From positions 9,265,245-9,329,244 of the forward strand of contig OZ199838.1 of assembly GCA_964304625.1 (NCBI GenBank): a DNA stretch of 64,000 nucleotides. Direction: 5' to 3'. A program made the position numbers and the translations under genes. The notes under the pieces were generated by a model. The model was not told the origin of the DNA and did not search any database. It worked only from the letters and a program-made list of their open reading frames with translations. Source of the DNA: Kudoa neothunni. Lineage: Eukaryota > Animalia > Cnidaria. Positions 38,801 through 51,593 of this stretch are shown here, piece after piece; the stretch's first letter is position 1; each line of letters opens with the position of its first letter.

Positions 38801-39436
38801 CAGGGGACGGCAATAACCTGCCTGCGGTTCAAATTTGGCCTGGGAGCTTCCCTTATCCGGCCAAGGGGATTATTGATAAAGCTAAATTGCTTTTTTATTA
38901 GATAGAACATGTATAATTTCCCTGAATATTATAATAGATCTTATCTGCAAATAAAGAAGCTTAATAGAAATGTAAACGAAGTTAATTAAATATTATATCC
39001 CTTTTTCTAAATATAAATGTGTAGAAAACAAAATAAAGATAAAAATATTTCCCCAAACGAATTCCTTACTGATGTTTACTGATTGTGTGATACTAGTCTT
39101 ATTGTGATGATTGTAAAAGTTAAATTGTTGTTCTTTACTATTTTGAACTATCATTTAAGTATAAGAAATATTAGATTTAATACGATATCATGTAAATTTT
39201 TGAGAAAAATTGTATAAAACTAATCATTTCCTATTAAAAAATGTTTAATGTTCATTTTTTCCTCGCATTGCAATGAAAATGTATGCTTTTAAATATCAAA
39301 ATATAAATTTGACAAACTAATTTTCAATTATATTGTGAAAAATTCATTATATCTATTGGGATTATACATATTCTAGCCGGCATCTAATTTAGCATGACCA
39401 TCCGACTCAGCAACCTGATTGGGTTGCCGACTCCTG
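38801..39436. mobile_element. hAT (Buster-type) MITE, family A
   Basis: TIRs caggggacggcaa / caggagtcggcaa with a perfect 8-bp TSD atttatac. Confidence 0.9.
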
Positions 39437-39443
39437 ATTTATA

Positions 39444-39821
39444 CAATGCGATCTCGGGCGGAGTTCGAACACATATAGAAAGGGTATTCAGAACAAATCG
39501 ATCTGGAGAAAAAAATAGTGAATAAAAGAAATTTCGGAAGAAGAGCCACTGAATCAAATTGTACGACCGTCATCGAAGGAGGAACTTTTATAATCTATTG
39601 AATGACAACCAAAAAATATTTATCGTATATTTCATATTTATTTGTCATAATTTATGATTACAAGGAATGTATGTTTTTTCATGAATAAGATAAAAAATAG
39701 TCATTTATTTGATGTGCGATAATGGATTAAACTAATTGTCATTATTTTGCAAGGGAAAAATTTATTCGGAGTTCGAACACACTTCTATAACGGATTATGG
39801 TCGAAGCCCGAGGTTGCACTG
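39444..39821. mobile_element. Tc1/pogo-type MITE
   Basis: TA|caatgcgatctcggg ... cccgaggttgcactg|TA; direct repeat cggagttcgaacac near both ends. Confidence 0.65.
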
Positions 39822-41087
39822 TACGTGAATTAGATAGATTGTAACAGGGTGTAAATAATTTTCGTCAAACATTGCAGGCAACCAAGATTTATTAAAACAA
39901 CATTAAATGTTAAAATAAAAGCAGCAATTAAAAGCTTTTTAATTAAATATTAGCATCCATAAAATACATCTAATGGAATAATATTTTTACGGAATAATCA
40001 ATTCTCCACGTGCGCACAATTATGATTCTCATTTCCCTTGTTTTTGCATTCATTTCTTCAAAACTTCAACAGCTTAAATAACAAAAATTGAACAAAGGAT
40101 TGAGCGCATTGCATAAGACAATAGTTCTCAAAGTTGGTCCCATGAAGCAAGGGCGGGGATTCCACAAAGCTACTTGCAACGTTCTCCGCCACGCGTAAAG
40201 AAACACTTTTGACAATATCTAATCGTTGGGCGTCGTGCCCCAAATACACTGTATAATATTGAATGGTTTATTAACCTTTATATTATAATTGTAATCGACA
40301 ACACCACTGTGAAGAGTAACTTTTAATTATAAAATAATAAATCGATACAAATCACGTCTTATAACGTTAATGAATTTTCATTTATAGTTTGAGCTGGCAA
40401 CAGTGATGATAGCTGGACTCCAATGCACACGCAGGAAGATTTTGCTGCTTCGCTATTAACACAATTATTTTCTCTATTCAACTAATCGTTTTGACTATTT
40501 TTAAATCCTTACAAAGGATCGATGCTTCAAAAATGATTACAACAACTTAATCTAAAGAAGACACAGAAATAGATGAACTTGAGAATTAACTATCCGCAAT
40601 AATTAATTCCAAAAACAAATATGTTCCAATTTCCATAAGTGTGTTACAAATAAAATGTTTTTTATTTTAATAAGTATTAACACATTAAAGTTCGTTAAAA
40701 AAACCTCAATGGATTAATTTGGATAAGGATTCCGTTATATTACAAATAAGGTAAGAGGGTGCCATTGAAAAAAAATGTGAGAATCACTGGCTTAAGTGAT
40801 ACCTGATTAAGAATATAAGTGAAACAGTTGAGAAACACATATTTAAAAACTTACAAGCATTCTTGATCCGCCCACACAATCACCATGAATTAAAAGAAAT
40901 TCAAGTCTTAATCTATATGGCAACTTGATCTGTTAAAAAATACTTCTTAATTATACAAAAAATATTAGGAGAAATGAGTTAATATTAAATAATTGAAATT
41001 CGTGAAACTGATTCGGGATTAGATAATTATGCGAGAAGAATATTGTACGAATAATATGAAAATTAAAAAAAATGATTATATATGCAA

Positions 41088-41694
41088 TTAGACGTTTTCA
41101 TATCTTTGGAATTTACGGCTGAGCTCAATATGTTCTTTGCGTTCTCCTTTAATTTTCGCGATGGTACTCTGTGATTTGGGATCCAAGAAATGTCCAAATT
41201 GACGTCTAAATATTACTTTAAAACACACTACATTATTTCAGGATTAAATTACACTTCACTCAAAATGTACGCTGCAAACAATGAATAAAGAAACGGGAAA
41301 ATCAGAATTTTAACATATTTCCTTGTGTAGGTAAATGTTTTCTCCTCCTATAGATATCCAATAAATAATTAAACGCCCTTCGTCTAAATCTATCTATAAA
41401 CATACAGGCGTTATCTTGAATTTCACAACTTTACAATGCACGGGGAAATTCTAAAATAATTCAACATACTATCTAAAGATATTGTCAAATCAATTTACTT
41501 TAAACACTGGAGCATAGTCGATCGAGCTGTGCTCACTATGACTCTAAAAGAGAATTTTAATTTTAACTGTTTATAAACAACAATAGTAATTGCTTACCAT
41601 ATGAAGCATACGTTTTAAGTGTCTTTTGGATCTCTATGTTTTTCAAATATGAATTGAAATAAATCCATTTATTAACAGATTAGATTACAGCCAT
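41088..41694 (-). CDS. Unannotated six-exon ~115-aa single-pass membrane protein
   Basis: MA|RSKRHLKRMLHM|SHSEHSSIDYAPVFK|NFPVHCKVVKFKITP|EEKTFTYTRKYVKILIFPFLYSLFAAYIL|IIFRRQFGHFLDPK...RKFQRYENV*. Five short GT-AG introns, all phase-compatible. Absent from the supplied ORF track. Confidence 0.72.
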
Positions 41695-41985
41695 TTTCAA
41701 ATTTGGGCGTAATGGATGTCTTACTGGCCAATAGGTCAATCCATTACACGTTCTAGTAAACCTCATTTCAAATCTTTTAAATTTCGAGTTATGTCGATAT
41801 TGTTCGGCAATTAACACTTTATATTTTTAGGCTTCAAATCTACAAGCTTATATATATTTTATTGCAACTTCGTAAATAAAATCAACATAAGTTTTAAAAT
41901 AAATAGCTTATACAGGTTGTCTGGTGGATAATTGTACTATTATTGTGTGCGCGTGCGCCCCGAAGAAGTACATAAAAGCGCGCCA

Positions 41986-43798
41986 ATGGTCGATCAAACC
42001 GACTGGGATCTAAATAAAGAGAATATTAAACCAATCCCTGAAGGAAGGGTCTCATCTGAGATTGTATCTGGTGAAAGTCAGCCTCAATCCACCAATCTCC
42101 AAGAAGAAATTGAGTTAACCTCACTTTTGCTTAGATATCTTATCATTGGTGTAACTTTTTTAGTTTGTTTGAGAGGGATATTCAAGATGAAACCTCGCCA
42201 AATATTCTTAATAATTGGTTTCGGTAGAGGAAATTTTTTTATTTTTATAATCTATTAACTCAAAGATATATATACTGGGCGGAACAAAAATATGTGACGA
42301 GTGGAAAAAAGGTTTTTGAATTGCTAGAAAGATGCCTAAAAACATTAAAAATGGACCCAGATATTTTTAACGACGAAGTCTACATCACCTTATGGATCAA
42401 ATATGTGAATAAAGTTTGTTGTTGCTTTTTTAACGAAGATTAATATTTGTAGGCCAAAATGAGCGAAAAACAACTTGATATCTATCATTTTATGTTCAAT
42501 AACAATATTGGTTCTGAGAATATTAGGTTTTATAAAGCCTGGGCCCATAGCATGGAAATAAGTAGTCACTATGATAAAGCCCTCGAAATTTACAAGTTGG
42601 GAGTCAATCGCAATTTAAAAGATGGCGATAAACTATTGATTTATCTGAGGTGATAGTTTTTGGTTGGATGATGGATGATAAGAATTTGTTAAGTGCTCTT
42701 AACGAGAGAATAAAAACAGCAAAAATATCGATCACCTCCTCAACCAACAACTCACTACTTTTAACAAACAACGACGATCCTACTCCTACTAACGACCAAC
42801 CAAACAGAAGAAGAAAGGCATTCAATAGTTTGGTGGCACATAATAAATATGAAGAATCTATGGATAGAATATACCATTCCAGAAAAGGTAATTGGTAGTC
42901 ATTTTTTGTGAGATGATGTGATATTGGTATGTGTAGCTGAACCTTACGATGATAACAGTTCCGGACAATCTAAAAATAAGTTTCATCCTAATCTTTCCAG
43001 CCAGAATGATTCAAAAAAAAATCGAAAACTCAGTGCTACCGACGTCTACACCGAAAGTCCAAAAGATCAGATGAATAAACTTTTAGCTGACGATTTGTTG
43101 GAATCAAAACAGCCGAAGACCAAAGAATCGTTAAAGGAGTCGTGGTCAAGACCTTATATTGTTTCTGATGTTGATGCTGATAACGTTGTACCGGTAACAA
43201 AAATAACGAACGATATGGTGATTATCGATTGCGAATAGTAAGTGGAGTTATAATTTTGATTTATGAAGATACTTCCTAAACCCTCGTTGGAAAAATACTC
43301 TGTTTCTACATTGCCGAATCTTACCAATGGCGTTTCTGCCGTTAACTCATTGAACCGAGACTCTAAACCTGTTTCTTTGCTTTGTAATGATGATACGAGG
43401 GACGTGAAAAACAAAGCAAAATCAAACACCGTCTCAGTCGCTGAAATCTACCTAGAAAATCCGTCGTTAATTTGTGTGGTGAATGGACAGAATGATAGTT
43501 CAAACATTTTTAACGTCGATAACTCCATTAATAGACGACTACGGCATTACAGTTTTAAATATTCAAAAATGGTAATCATTATCAAACTAAATATTACTGA
43601 ATATTTTTATATTCTTTCTACTAGAATGATGAAGTGAAAAATATCCTCGAGAATCCTCCTCCGAAAAATCAACTAAATAAACCCAAAATTTTTTATATTA
43701 TTTCCCCTGAAATCGATTATGTCGAACAAGAAAAGGAATATAGTTTCGAAGAGTTGCTAGCTGCAAAATATAAAAAATTCAAACGTTCAAACCGATAG
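41986..43798 (+). CDS. MAD3: Spindle-checkpoint protein Mad3/BubR1-like (KEN box + TPR + GLEBS), no kinase domain
   Basis: KEN box WDLNKENIKPIPEGR; TPR motifs NWFRYIYWAEQ, LLERCLK, LWIKYA, FMFNNNIG..FYKAWA; Bub3-binding EYSFEELLA; TAG at 43796-43798. Confidence 0.88.
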
Positions 43799-44162
43799 TT
43801 TAGTTTTTTATATATTAGATCTGAGATTGTATATGTGGACAAATTTCATTTGAATTGTGCTCTAATAGCTTTAAATTATTTCTTGTAAAGAGATGTTTTT
43901 TGGTCATAAGGTAAACACCCTGGCAGAGTTTATTAGTTTACTTGGCTTTTGAGTAGAGTTCTGACTGATTAGTCAACTTTTTGAACAATGTAAGCGCTGC
44001 CAGTAATTTACTTGTAATAAATTATCATTTGTTCTTCTAGAGTAGTCTGATGATTTAATCCGCTATTAAGTCTAATGCTGGGACGACCATTACCTAAAAT
44101 GATATCCTCTTTGATTTTGATGGCGTTTGCTCTGTAGGACCCCGGGATTTGTATTTCTAGTA

Positions 44163-44796
44163 CATGAGTTCTCAACCGTTTAGCCAAATTAACTCTTTCG
44201 GTCTGATGAAAAATCCAAATTTACCTTGTTAATTTGGTAGTCAAATTCATATTTACTCTAAGGTTTTATATTGGTTTAGCTATGGAAGAGGCTACTTGCA
44301 AGGTATGTTCTAATCCTAAAAGGCATGTACGCTTGTGTAATGACAATTTTTAATCCCGTAAACTCTAACTCGCAGGCTGTCTACAGATTTCATTTTTAAG
44401 ATTTTGGTAAATTAAATTATTTTTGACTCATTGCCTTGCTCTTAGGGACTAGAAATAATTAAAAATAATCAACATTAATGGTGTCGGAATATTATTTACC
44501 ATGAAAATAATTATTTTAAATGTTATTATTATTGTTAAATTACATCATTAAATGATAAAAACGGCATAAAAGAATAAGATTGATAATAGTTTTATAATTA
44601 GCTGTTAAATACTCATTCCTTAAAATTTTTTAAACATTTCTTACAAACGTCTTAATTGAGTTTAACAGCCCTGAATAATAAACTCCTTTGGAATCCTCGT
44701 GTACGTCACAAAGCCCCATTAGGAAAAAATTACCCCAATCTAATTCTACTTAATCTCTCCCCTGTCATTTAAAATTTCCCCGGTTGAGAATTCCTG
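44163..44796. mobile_element. hAT (Buster-type) MITE, family B, older copy
   Basis: Ends catgagttctcaacc / ggttgagaattcctg; degenerate TSD ttctagta/atttagta; colinear along its whole length with 52109-52745. Confidence 0.85.
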
Positions 44797-44967
44797 ATTT
44801 AGTACGTTCCGACGATTCAACTGTCTAATCCGACCCTCCCTCCCTCACTAGGCTAGGCTAAACTAAATTATAATTATGAGCATGTCATACATAATTTAAA
44901 CGTGCATTGTAATCACAAACTTTCATTACGGAAGGGTTGCATAAAGTAGAAGCAATGAAGTCAATTG

Positions 44968-45028
44968 CCTGGATGGGGGCTTGAACTCACTACCTCCAAG
45001 GTCACAGAATCCAATGGGCAGACACGCC
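44968..45028 (-). other. tRNA-like fragment (pseudo-tRNA or SINE head)
   Basis: Minus strand ...ttggattctgtgaccttggaggtagtgagttcaagcccccatccagg contains a B-box/T-arm (GTTCAA) and an anticodon-like loop, but the D and acceptor stems are not intact. Confidence 0.4.
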
Positions 45029-45917
45029 CCCATGTGTGAGTAAGGGGGGGGGGGGGTTCATTGGATGAAGTTCCTTTCTAATCGAGCTAAAATAATTTAC
45101 ATTTTAAACAACACTTTTTCCTTTTCTGGTGAGTTCTTTGAAAATTCACATTTTTTATCTTTAATTCTTTCACGTCAAATTTATTATTTGAGGTCTGAAG
45201 ATAAAATATAACGTGAAAATGATTAGTTAAAATGCTCAGAAATATTTTATCATTCATTATCATCAAATTACAGGAAAACATGAAAATCCTATAAAAATCC
45301 TATTCATGTGTATCATAACCATCTAAAAATTTCACGCAGTCTTTAAAATGCATTTAGAATTTATTTTGTTCTTGATTTGTAAATAGTGACTTAATATAAT
45401 CAATCTGTTTACATAAATTAATTTTTTGTGCATGCGCACAAAAATATATTGAAAACAATACTAGCTATAACTCAAACATTAATGAAAAGACAATTATTTT
45501 TTTGTTTAAAGTACGGTTTAAAAACGAATATACATCTGGAATAGAATCAGACATGAACTCCTACTTTTTTGAGCCGTGATGCTTAAAATATTTACCAAGC
45601 CCTTCTAAATAAAATAAGGCCATCTCTGAAAGGCTCCGTTTCTGAATTATTGGGGAGGAAATGTTATTGCGCCATTGTTATTTCTATGAATTAGAGAGGA
45701 TATCATTAAAACCACACTACTATGTATCTACAACATGTGTCTATGTTTATCCTTCATTTTTCAACTAGCTACTACATTGATATAACTATAAAAACTTACT
45801 AATTGTTTAATAATGGTAAAAAAGAAAGAAAATGCTTAATTCAGTCACGCGGTCAAAGCAAAAGGGTACATACGACCGATCCTCACGTGACTTTTTATTT
45901 ATCGTTCTTTCGTACCA

Positions 45918-47981
45918 CAGTGGGTGACGGCTAATTCGTAATCCCTTTGGGACCAGAGAAAAAGTGCGAATTAGGCAGAAATGATGTTTAATTCGCACTT
46001 TATTTAACGTATGCGCAAAAGATTTTGGTCGATTTTATAAGAAATGTGATATTATCCTATTCTTTTAAAATAAAATTTGTTATTTTCGTTTGCTTAAATT
46101 CTTTTTTTGGATTAAAAACATTCCCTTCTCTAGTTTGTGAAGATAATCCAAAATATTTGATCCATTCTAAATGAAATATCCCTTTAAATATTCAGAGCAT
46201 TCCAGCGTTTTCTTTCGTGGTATATGACTCTTCTTTGTATGTTTCGGGTTCGCAATCAGACAGTTCTTCTACATTCATGGTTACGCCGTTGTTTCCTTGG
46301 TTGGCCTCACATTCACAGACTTTAACGAGTTCTTCATCTTGGCATTGTATTATCTCTGGATCGTCGATTTCATCTAAACTTAAGGGTTTACAAGTTCGTC
46401 TATGTATAATTATAAGTTTGTAAAAAATAGTAATAAGGATCTTCGTTATCATCGAATCTAAATCCGACCTTCTTGAAACAATTGGATATTGTTTGGATCG
46501 TTACGTCCCCCCGTAATTTTTATACAAATACCAACGCATCTAATAAATCAATTGGCTTAAGTTTGACATCATTCTCAACTAAAAATACTGATCTATTTAT
46601 CAGATATCTTCTATAAACAGCTTTAAATGAATTAGTAATCCCTTGATCCATAGGTTGTAGAACACTAGTTGTGTTTTTAGGGAAAAATAATAATTCAATA
46701 TTTGATAATTGTAATGATGAATGGCAACTCGCATTATCAAAAAATGGCACAATTTTTTTGTTCTGCTCGTTGAAATTAGCATTTAGTTTAACTAAATATT
46801 TCTTAAATATCTCCGAAGTCATCCATGCTTTCTTATTGGAGAAGTAAGGGGCTGGAGTATCTTTCAAATTGTTGAAACAATTTGGTTTTTCATGATGACC
46901 AATCATTAATGGTTCCAATTTTTCGCCTAATTGTGATGCTCCCAATAAAAGCGTAACATTTTTTTGATCGCTTTGAGCATTTTGCATTTACTTCAGTACA
47001 TAGAACATAATTTCTTCCAAAATCAGGTTACCATAAATACGTTCGAGTGAATATAATGTATTGTAAAACAGTTCTTAAAAATTCCAATCGGTATTTGTCA
47101 ATGATTGACATAAATTAAATTTTGATATAATTATTTTTTTAACGACATGTAACAAATTAATGATGCTTTTTGTCGTTTTATATAGCTTATATATCTTACT
47201 GGGATATTGCTGACAGAATAGAGCTGTTTCATCAAGGTTGTGCACTCGTTCAGCTTTATAATTTTTTAATTGAAGTTTTCATTCATCGACAGTTTCTATG
47301 TTTACCATGTTTGCCTCACCATGAAAATTGAGTCGTCGTAAATTAAATCTTTCTTTGAATCCACGAAACCAACCATAGCTCATATCTTCCGCTTCTTTAT
47401 TAATGTTTTTTGCAAATTCATTTCGTTTCGAAATAATTTCCAACGACGAAATTCTCAATTTTGTAGACCTCAGCCATATTAACCGCTCAAAAACTTGTTG
47501 ATCAATTTCATCATTTGAATCCTTTTTCAAGGTTTTACGATTTCCTTTGACTACTCCGTTCTCAGCGGAGCTTTTTATTTCTTTTTTTTTCAATAATATT
47601 CCATTCAAAGTTGAAATAGAGGATAAGCCACAGTGTTTCACTGTGTGACTTTTAGCTTTTTTGGAGGCTGAATTTCGAAGTATTTAATAATATTATATTT
47701 TTCGGTAAGTGTCATCCATTTATGCTTTCTTTGTTCACCCATTTTTCTGTATCAAATGATACCGGTACGCGCTTTGCATCCCTTGTCCCAGGAAATTAGT
47801 GCGAATTATCCATCAATGGGTTTAACTCATAAAATTTTCTTATATTTAATAGGATGAAACATTTTAAAGTTGTATATCGTCGTAATTAATTATTCTACTT
47901 ATATATATATAACGATAAAAACCTCCAGGTTTATTTATTTTGGCGACAATGAAAAAAGTGCGAATTAGCCGTCACCCATTG
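45918..47981 (-). mobile_element. pogo/Tigger transposon with a disrupted CENP-B HTH + DDE_1 transposase (47742 to ~46070)
   Basis: TIR cagtgggtgacggctaattcg at both ends; internal gtgcgaatta repeats. Peptides SYGWFRGFKERFNL, NLDETALF, NKKAWMTSEIF, FDNASCH, FFPKNTTSVLQPMDQGI. Confidence 0.93.
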
Positions 47982-48311
47982 TAATTATGCTTATAAATTA
48001 TTTAAAGGGAGTAATAATAACATTAAATCATTTTTAATACGAGAAAACCTTTCAGTGTGTAAAATAACTAACGTACATAAGAGCGGTCCGTTATTGTATC
48101 CATTCAATGTTACTTTTATTTGGCTATGAGAGCATTGAGGAAAAATTATTCATTTAAATAATTGCCACAACCCTTCCCCTCACATTCCGCATCCATATAT
48201 TCTACCCTCATCTGAATAAACAATAAGATTGTGGATTTTTTACATAACATTTTTTGGGATAAATACCATAATATGTAATTTTGAGAGGGTCAACATTATG
48301 TAAATTAAAGT

Positions 48312-50679
48312 ATGTTAAATAAACGCTTATATTTTGATATTTTCCCTAATTTAATCAGCGTTGTGATTATTGTAAGTTTTTTCCTACAAATTTTTGCTCA
48401 AACTAAAAATTCAATCTATCTAAAAAAACTTAGAAACTGTACGAATTTTGACGGTGTACCACGAGTTCCATTAGGTAAAGGGCTTGTTCATTTAATTGAG
48501 ATGGTGCTACAGTTATTCGTTTGTTTCTCTAAAGAAGAGAACTTTTTAGAGGATCTCATTAAGGTATTTTATACGTTGAATGTAAACTAGTGAAATTCCG
48601 CAGAAAAAAATCTATTCGAGTCTCTTCCAAAATCAAGGTTTATATCCAAAAATGATAGATCAAGAATTTTCACAAAATGGGCATTTAAAAATAATATGCT
48701 ACCAGGAGAAAAACTCATCCAATGTATTTTCAAACGAATATTCCGTAATAATTCTGGATGGAATTGTATTTGAAAAAGTATAGATGTAGGCATAGATTTA
48801 GATAAAATAACGTCATCTAGGAGTTTGATTTGGAGAAAATATTTAATGACATAAACCTGCTCTTAGAAATTAATCCATCATCTGAATGGAATAATATAGT
48901 GAGCGAATACATGGAAGATTTTCAACGCCTTTATGAAGGTCAATATACTTTATTTTATTTGAGAGTAGTTTGAAATTGTAGCTTCAGTCTCTTTATTTTG
49001 AGATATAGACAGACCATAAAAAACTATGGCTTATGAAAGATACGATAGGATGTTCTAGTCTGTTGTGGAATATACCCTCATACAACATGAATTCACCAAA
49101 TAATTTACCAATTATAATAGGCACCATGGCACTCGCAGATAACGTAAATTTTAGGCTGTTTATCGTTTTTAATCCGTGAATACATTAGCGATTAATCTAC
49201 GAAGAAATATCACCGGAAAAAGTTTATTTTGTTGATTATGCTTATTCCGCATTGAAAAATGGAACTTTTGATGAAGATGAGCTTCTCGTTGCCAATTCGG
49301 AAAGATGTGTCAAGTTCTCAGGGAGAAAAAGTACATTTATTTATGTATAAACTTTTTATATATTTTTAAAAGTAAAATCTAGTTTATATAACCGCGTTTT
49401 TTTGAAAAATAACCCATCCCATATTCAATCAAATCCTGCACAATTTGTGGACAAACTGATTATCAGCATGAAAAAAACGAGTTGATTCGGTAGTGCATCA
49501 ATTTTACCTCCAAAGTCATTCAAAAATACCCTGCAAATCTGTCGCAGTGTTATTCAGTGGAGGAATTGATAGCGTCTCTCTTGTTCACATATTAAATAAG
49601 TATAATGATTTTGATTTATACTTTCTTTTCAATTTGTCTTTGTAGAATACTTGAAATTGATATAGTTATCGAATTGTGGAACGTTGCCTTTTACAAAGGT
49701 GATGTAAGTACAGTCAATCAAGTCAATGATAGAACTCAAGCTAGATTTTGCATTGAAGAAATTGCGAAACGGAATCTTGGGCGCGAATTCAGACTGATTG
49801 AGGTGTGTATTCGATAACTTAAAATATAAGCGATCCTTTCATAGATCGATGTCTCTCAGAATGAATTAGAAACTGCCAAAAGTTCTATTATTCGATATTA
49901 TTTGTATCCAAAAACCACCTACTTGGATGAATCCATAGGTTGTGCTTTCTGGTTTGCTGTAACTGCGAAGGGGAATAAAATGCATACACTTAAATATTGC
50001 GATAATTCGAAAATTCCTATTGTGAATACTGTAACCACGGATGAAGATATCAAATCCGATTCTAAGGTAGCATTCTTCGCCTAACTGCTTCGCATTATAT
50101 TTGTTGTTGGTAGATAATAATAAATGGGTTGGGAGCTGATGAATTGTTGGCAGGTTATACAAGCCATCGATTAGTATTCAAGTATATTTCGACACAAAAT
50201 ACTCACAGTTGTTGCTGTTATACGTTTATTAGCAATCATGGTGAACAGGCACTTAATTCATGCTTATTGGATGGAATGAAAATTTTGTATGATAGAAATC
50301 TCGGTAGAGATTCAAGGTTATTTGATAGGATCAGTACTATTATTTCTATTGTCGCTTTTAGGATATTCGTTGGTTGTGGGAAAACAATCATATTTCCTTT
50401 TTTAGACACTGAATTAATCGAATTCACACTGAATATTCCTATAGAGATGCGTGTATATTAGATATTCATTTATATCCAATAATAAGAAAACTATAGTGCA
50501 ATTTAAAATTGGATAGAGGGGTTGGAGAAAAACAGTTGCTTAGAAACACACTCAAACAATGGGGTTATAGTGAACGGATCTATAGCACCCATAAACAAGC
50601 TATCCAATTTGGAAGTAGATCAGCGAAGATGGGAGACAAAAAAGTCAAAGGAAACGAAAATTCATTTATTTTGGATTAA
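48312..50679 (+). CDS. ASNSD1: Asparagine synthetase domain-containing protein 1; multi-exon; start uncertain; apparent 1-nt frameshift at 49471-49477
   Basis: Motifs EGQYTLFYF..KLWLMKDTIGCSSLLW, VAVLFSGGIDS, IELWNVAF, YPKTTYLDESIGCAFWFA, GLGADELLAGY, RNLGRDSR, FPFLD, GEKQLLR, KQAIQFGSRSAK. Confidence 0.88.
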
Positions 50680-51593
50680 TCAGATTACAAATTGTAGCAT
50701 AGATTTAAAATTGGAGATTGTTCTTTTTTTATTTTGCAACCTAATAAATTAAGAAAATTTAAAATTGCTTGTTTTGTCAACTCCATATAATGTATTGAAC
50801 AATACACATTTCATATTGAAAGTTTTTACTAGTTATGAGTTTCAAAAACGTATTCTAAGAGAATATGCATTGTAGTTGAGTAAGGAAGTATTTAAGGAAA
50901 GCTGGCTGATAAAACGACTATAATAAGGTTTAGACACTGCGTAATTTAACGTTTATCATCAATATATTATTTAACGTGATTATTTAAATGCATCGTTACG
51001 TATTAATTACTTAAAGAAATTCGCATTATGTATTTGAATGCAATTTCAACTAGGTATTAAAAAATGTGGATTAATTTGGGTCTCACAAATGTGTAACCAT
51101 TTCCTGGATTATAATTTGATAATTATTAAATTTTATTTTCCAATTTTTACTACATGTTGAGGAGAAATTTAAAATTATATGGCTTAATAAATAAAATAAA
51201 TTTAACGTCAAAAAGCTGTATGTGTGAAGTACCTTAACTTGTCGGATGAAGGATGCACATAATAGTTCCAATAATATAAGGGAAAATCATCTAGTATTAA
51301 CTTTACGACATATACTTAAATAATTAAAATATTAATAAAACTTAAAAACGGTAGATTGATTAAAATATGATCGTTTTGAAAACCGCAGCCTCACAGGGAG
51401 TTGCGATTAAAGATAAGTCCAAAATATTTTCAATTTTCTTAATTATTAAAGTTTCAAAACTCTCTGATATCAACATTGATATCAATAATTCCAGTGGAGG
51501 TTAAATTAGATTTTAGAATTACAAAATTTTTTTAGTGTAGGAGTAACAAATTGCATCTGTCAATGAGCAATGTGATATTATGATGGGCTAGAG

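Noticed and set aside
39846-40251. Tc1/mariner-like remnant (cagggtgt ... cactgta)
   Set aside because: The ends do not pair convincingly and no catalytic motif is readable.
43831-43884. ATA-TGT-GGA (ICG...) as a distant first exon of ASNSD1 or an extra Mad3 exon
   Set aside because: No in-frame ATG, and the Mad3 splice options into it terminate. Unsupported.
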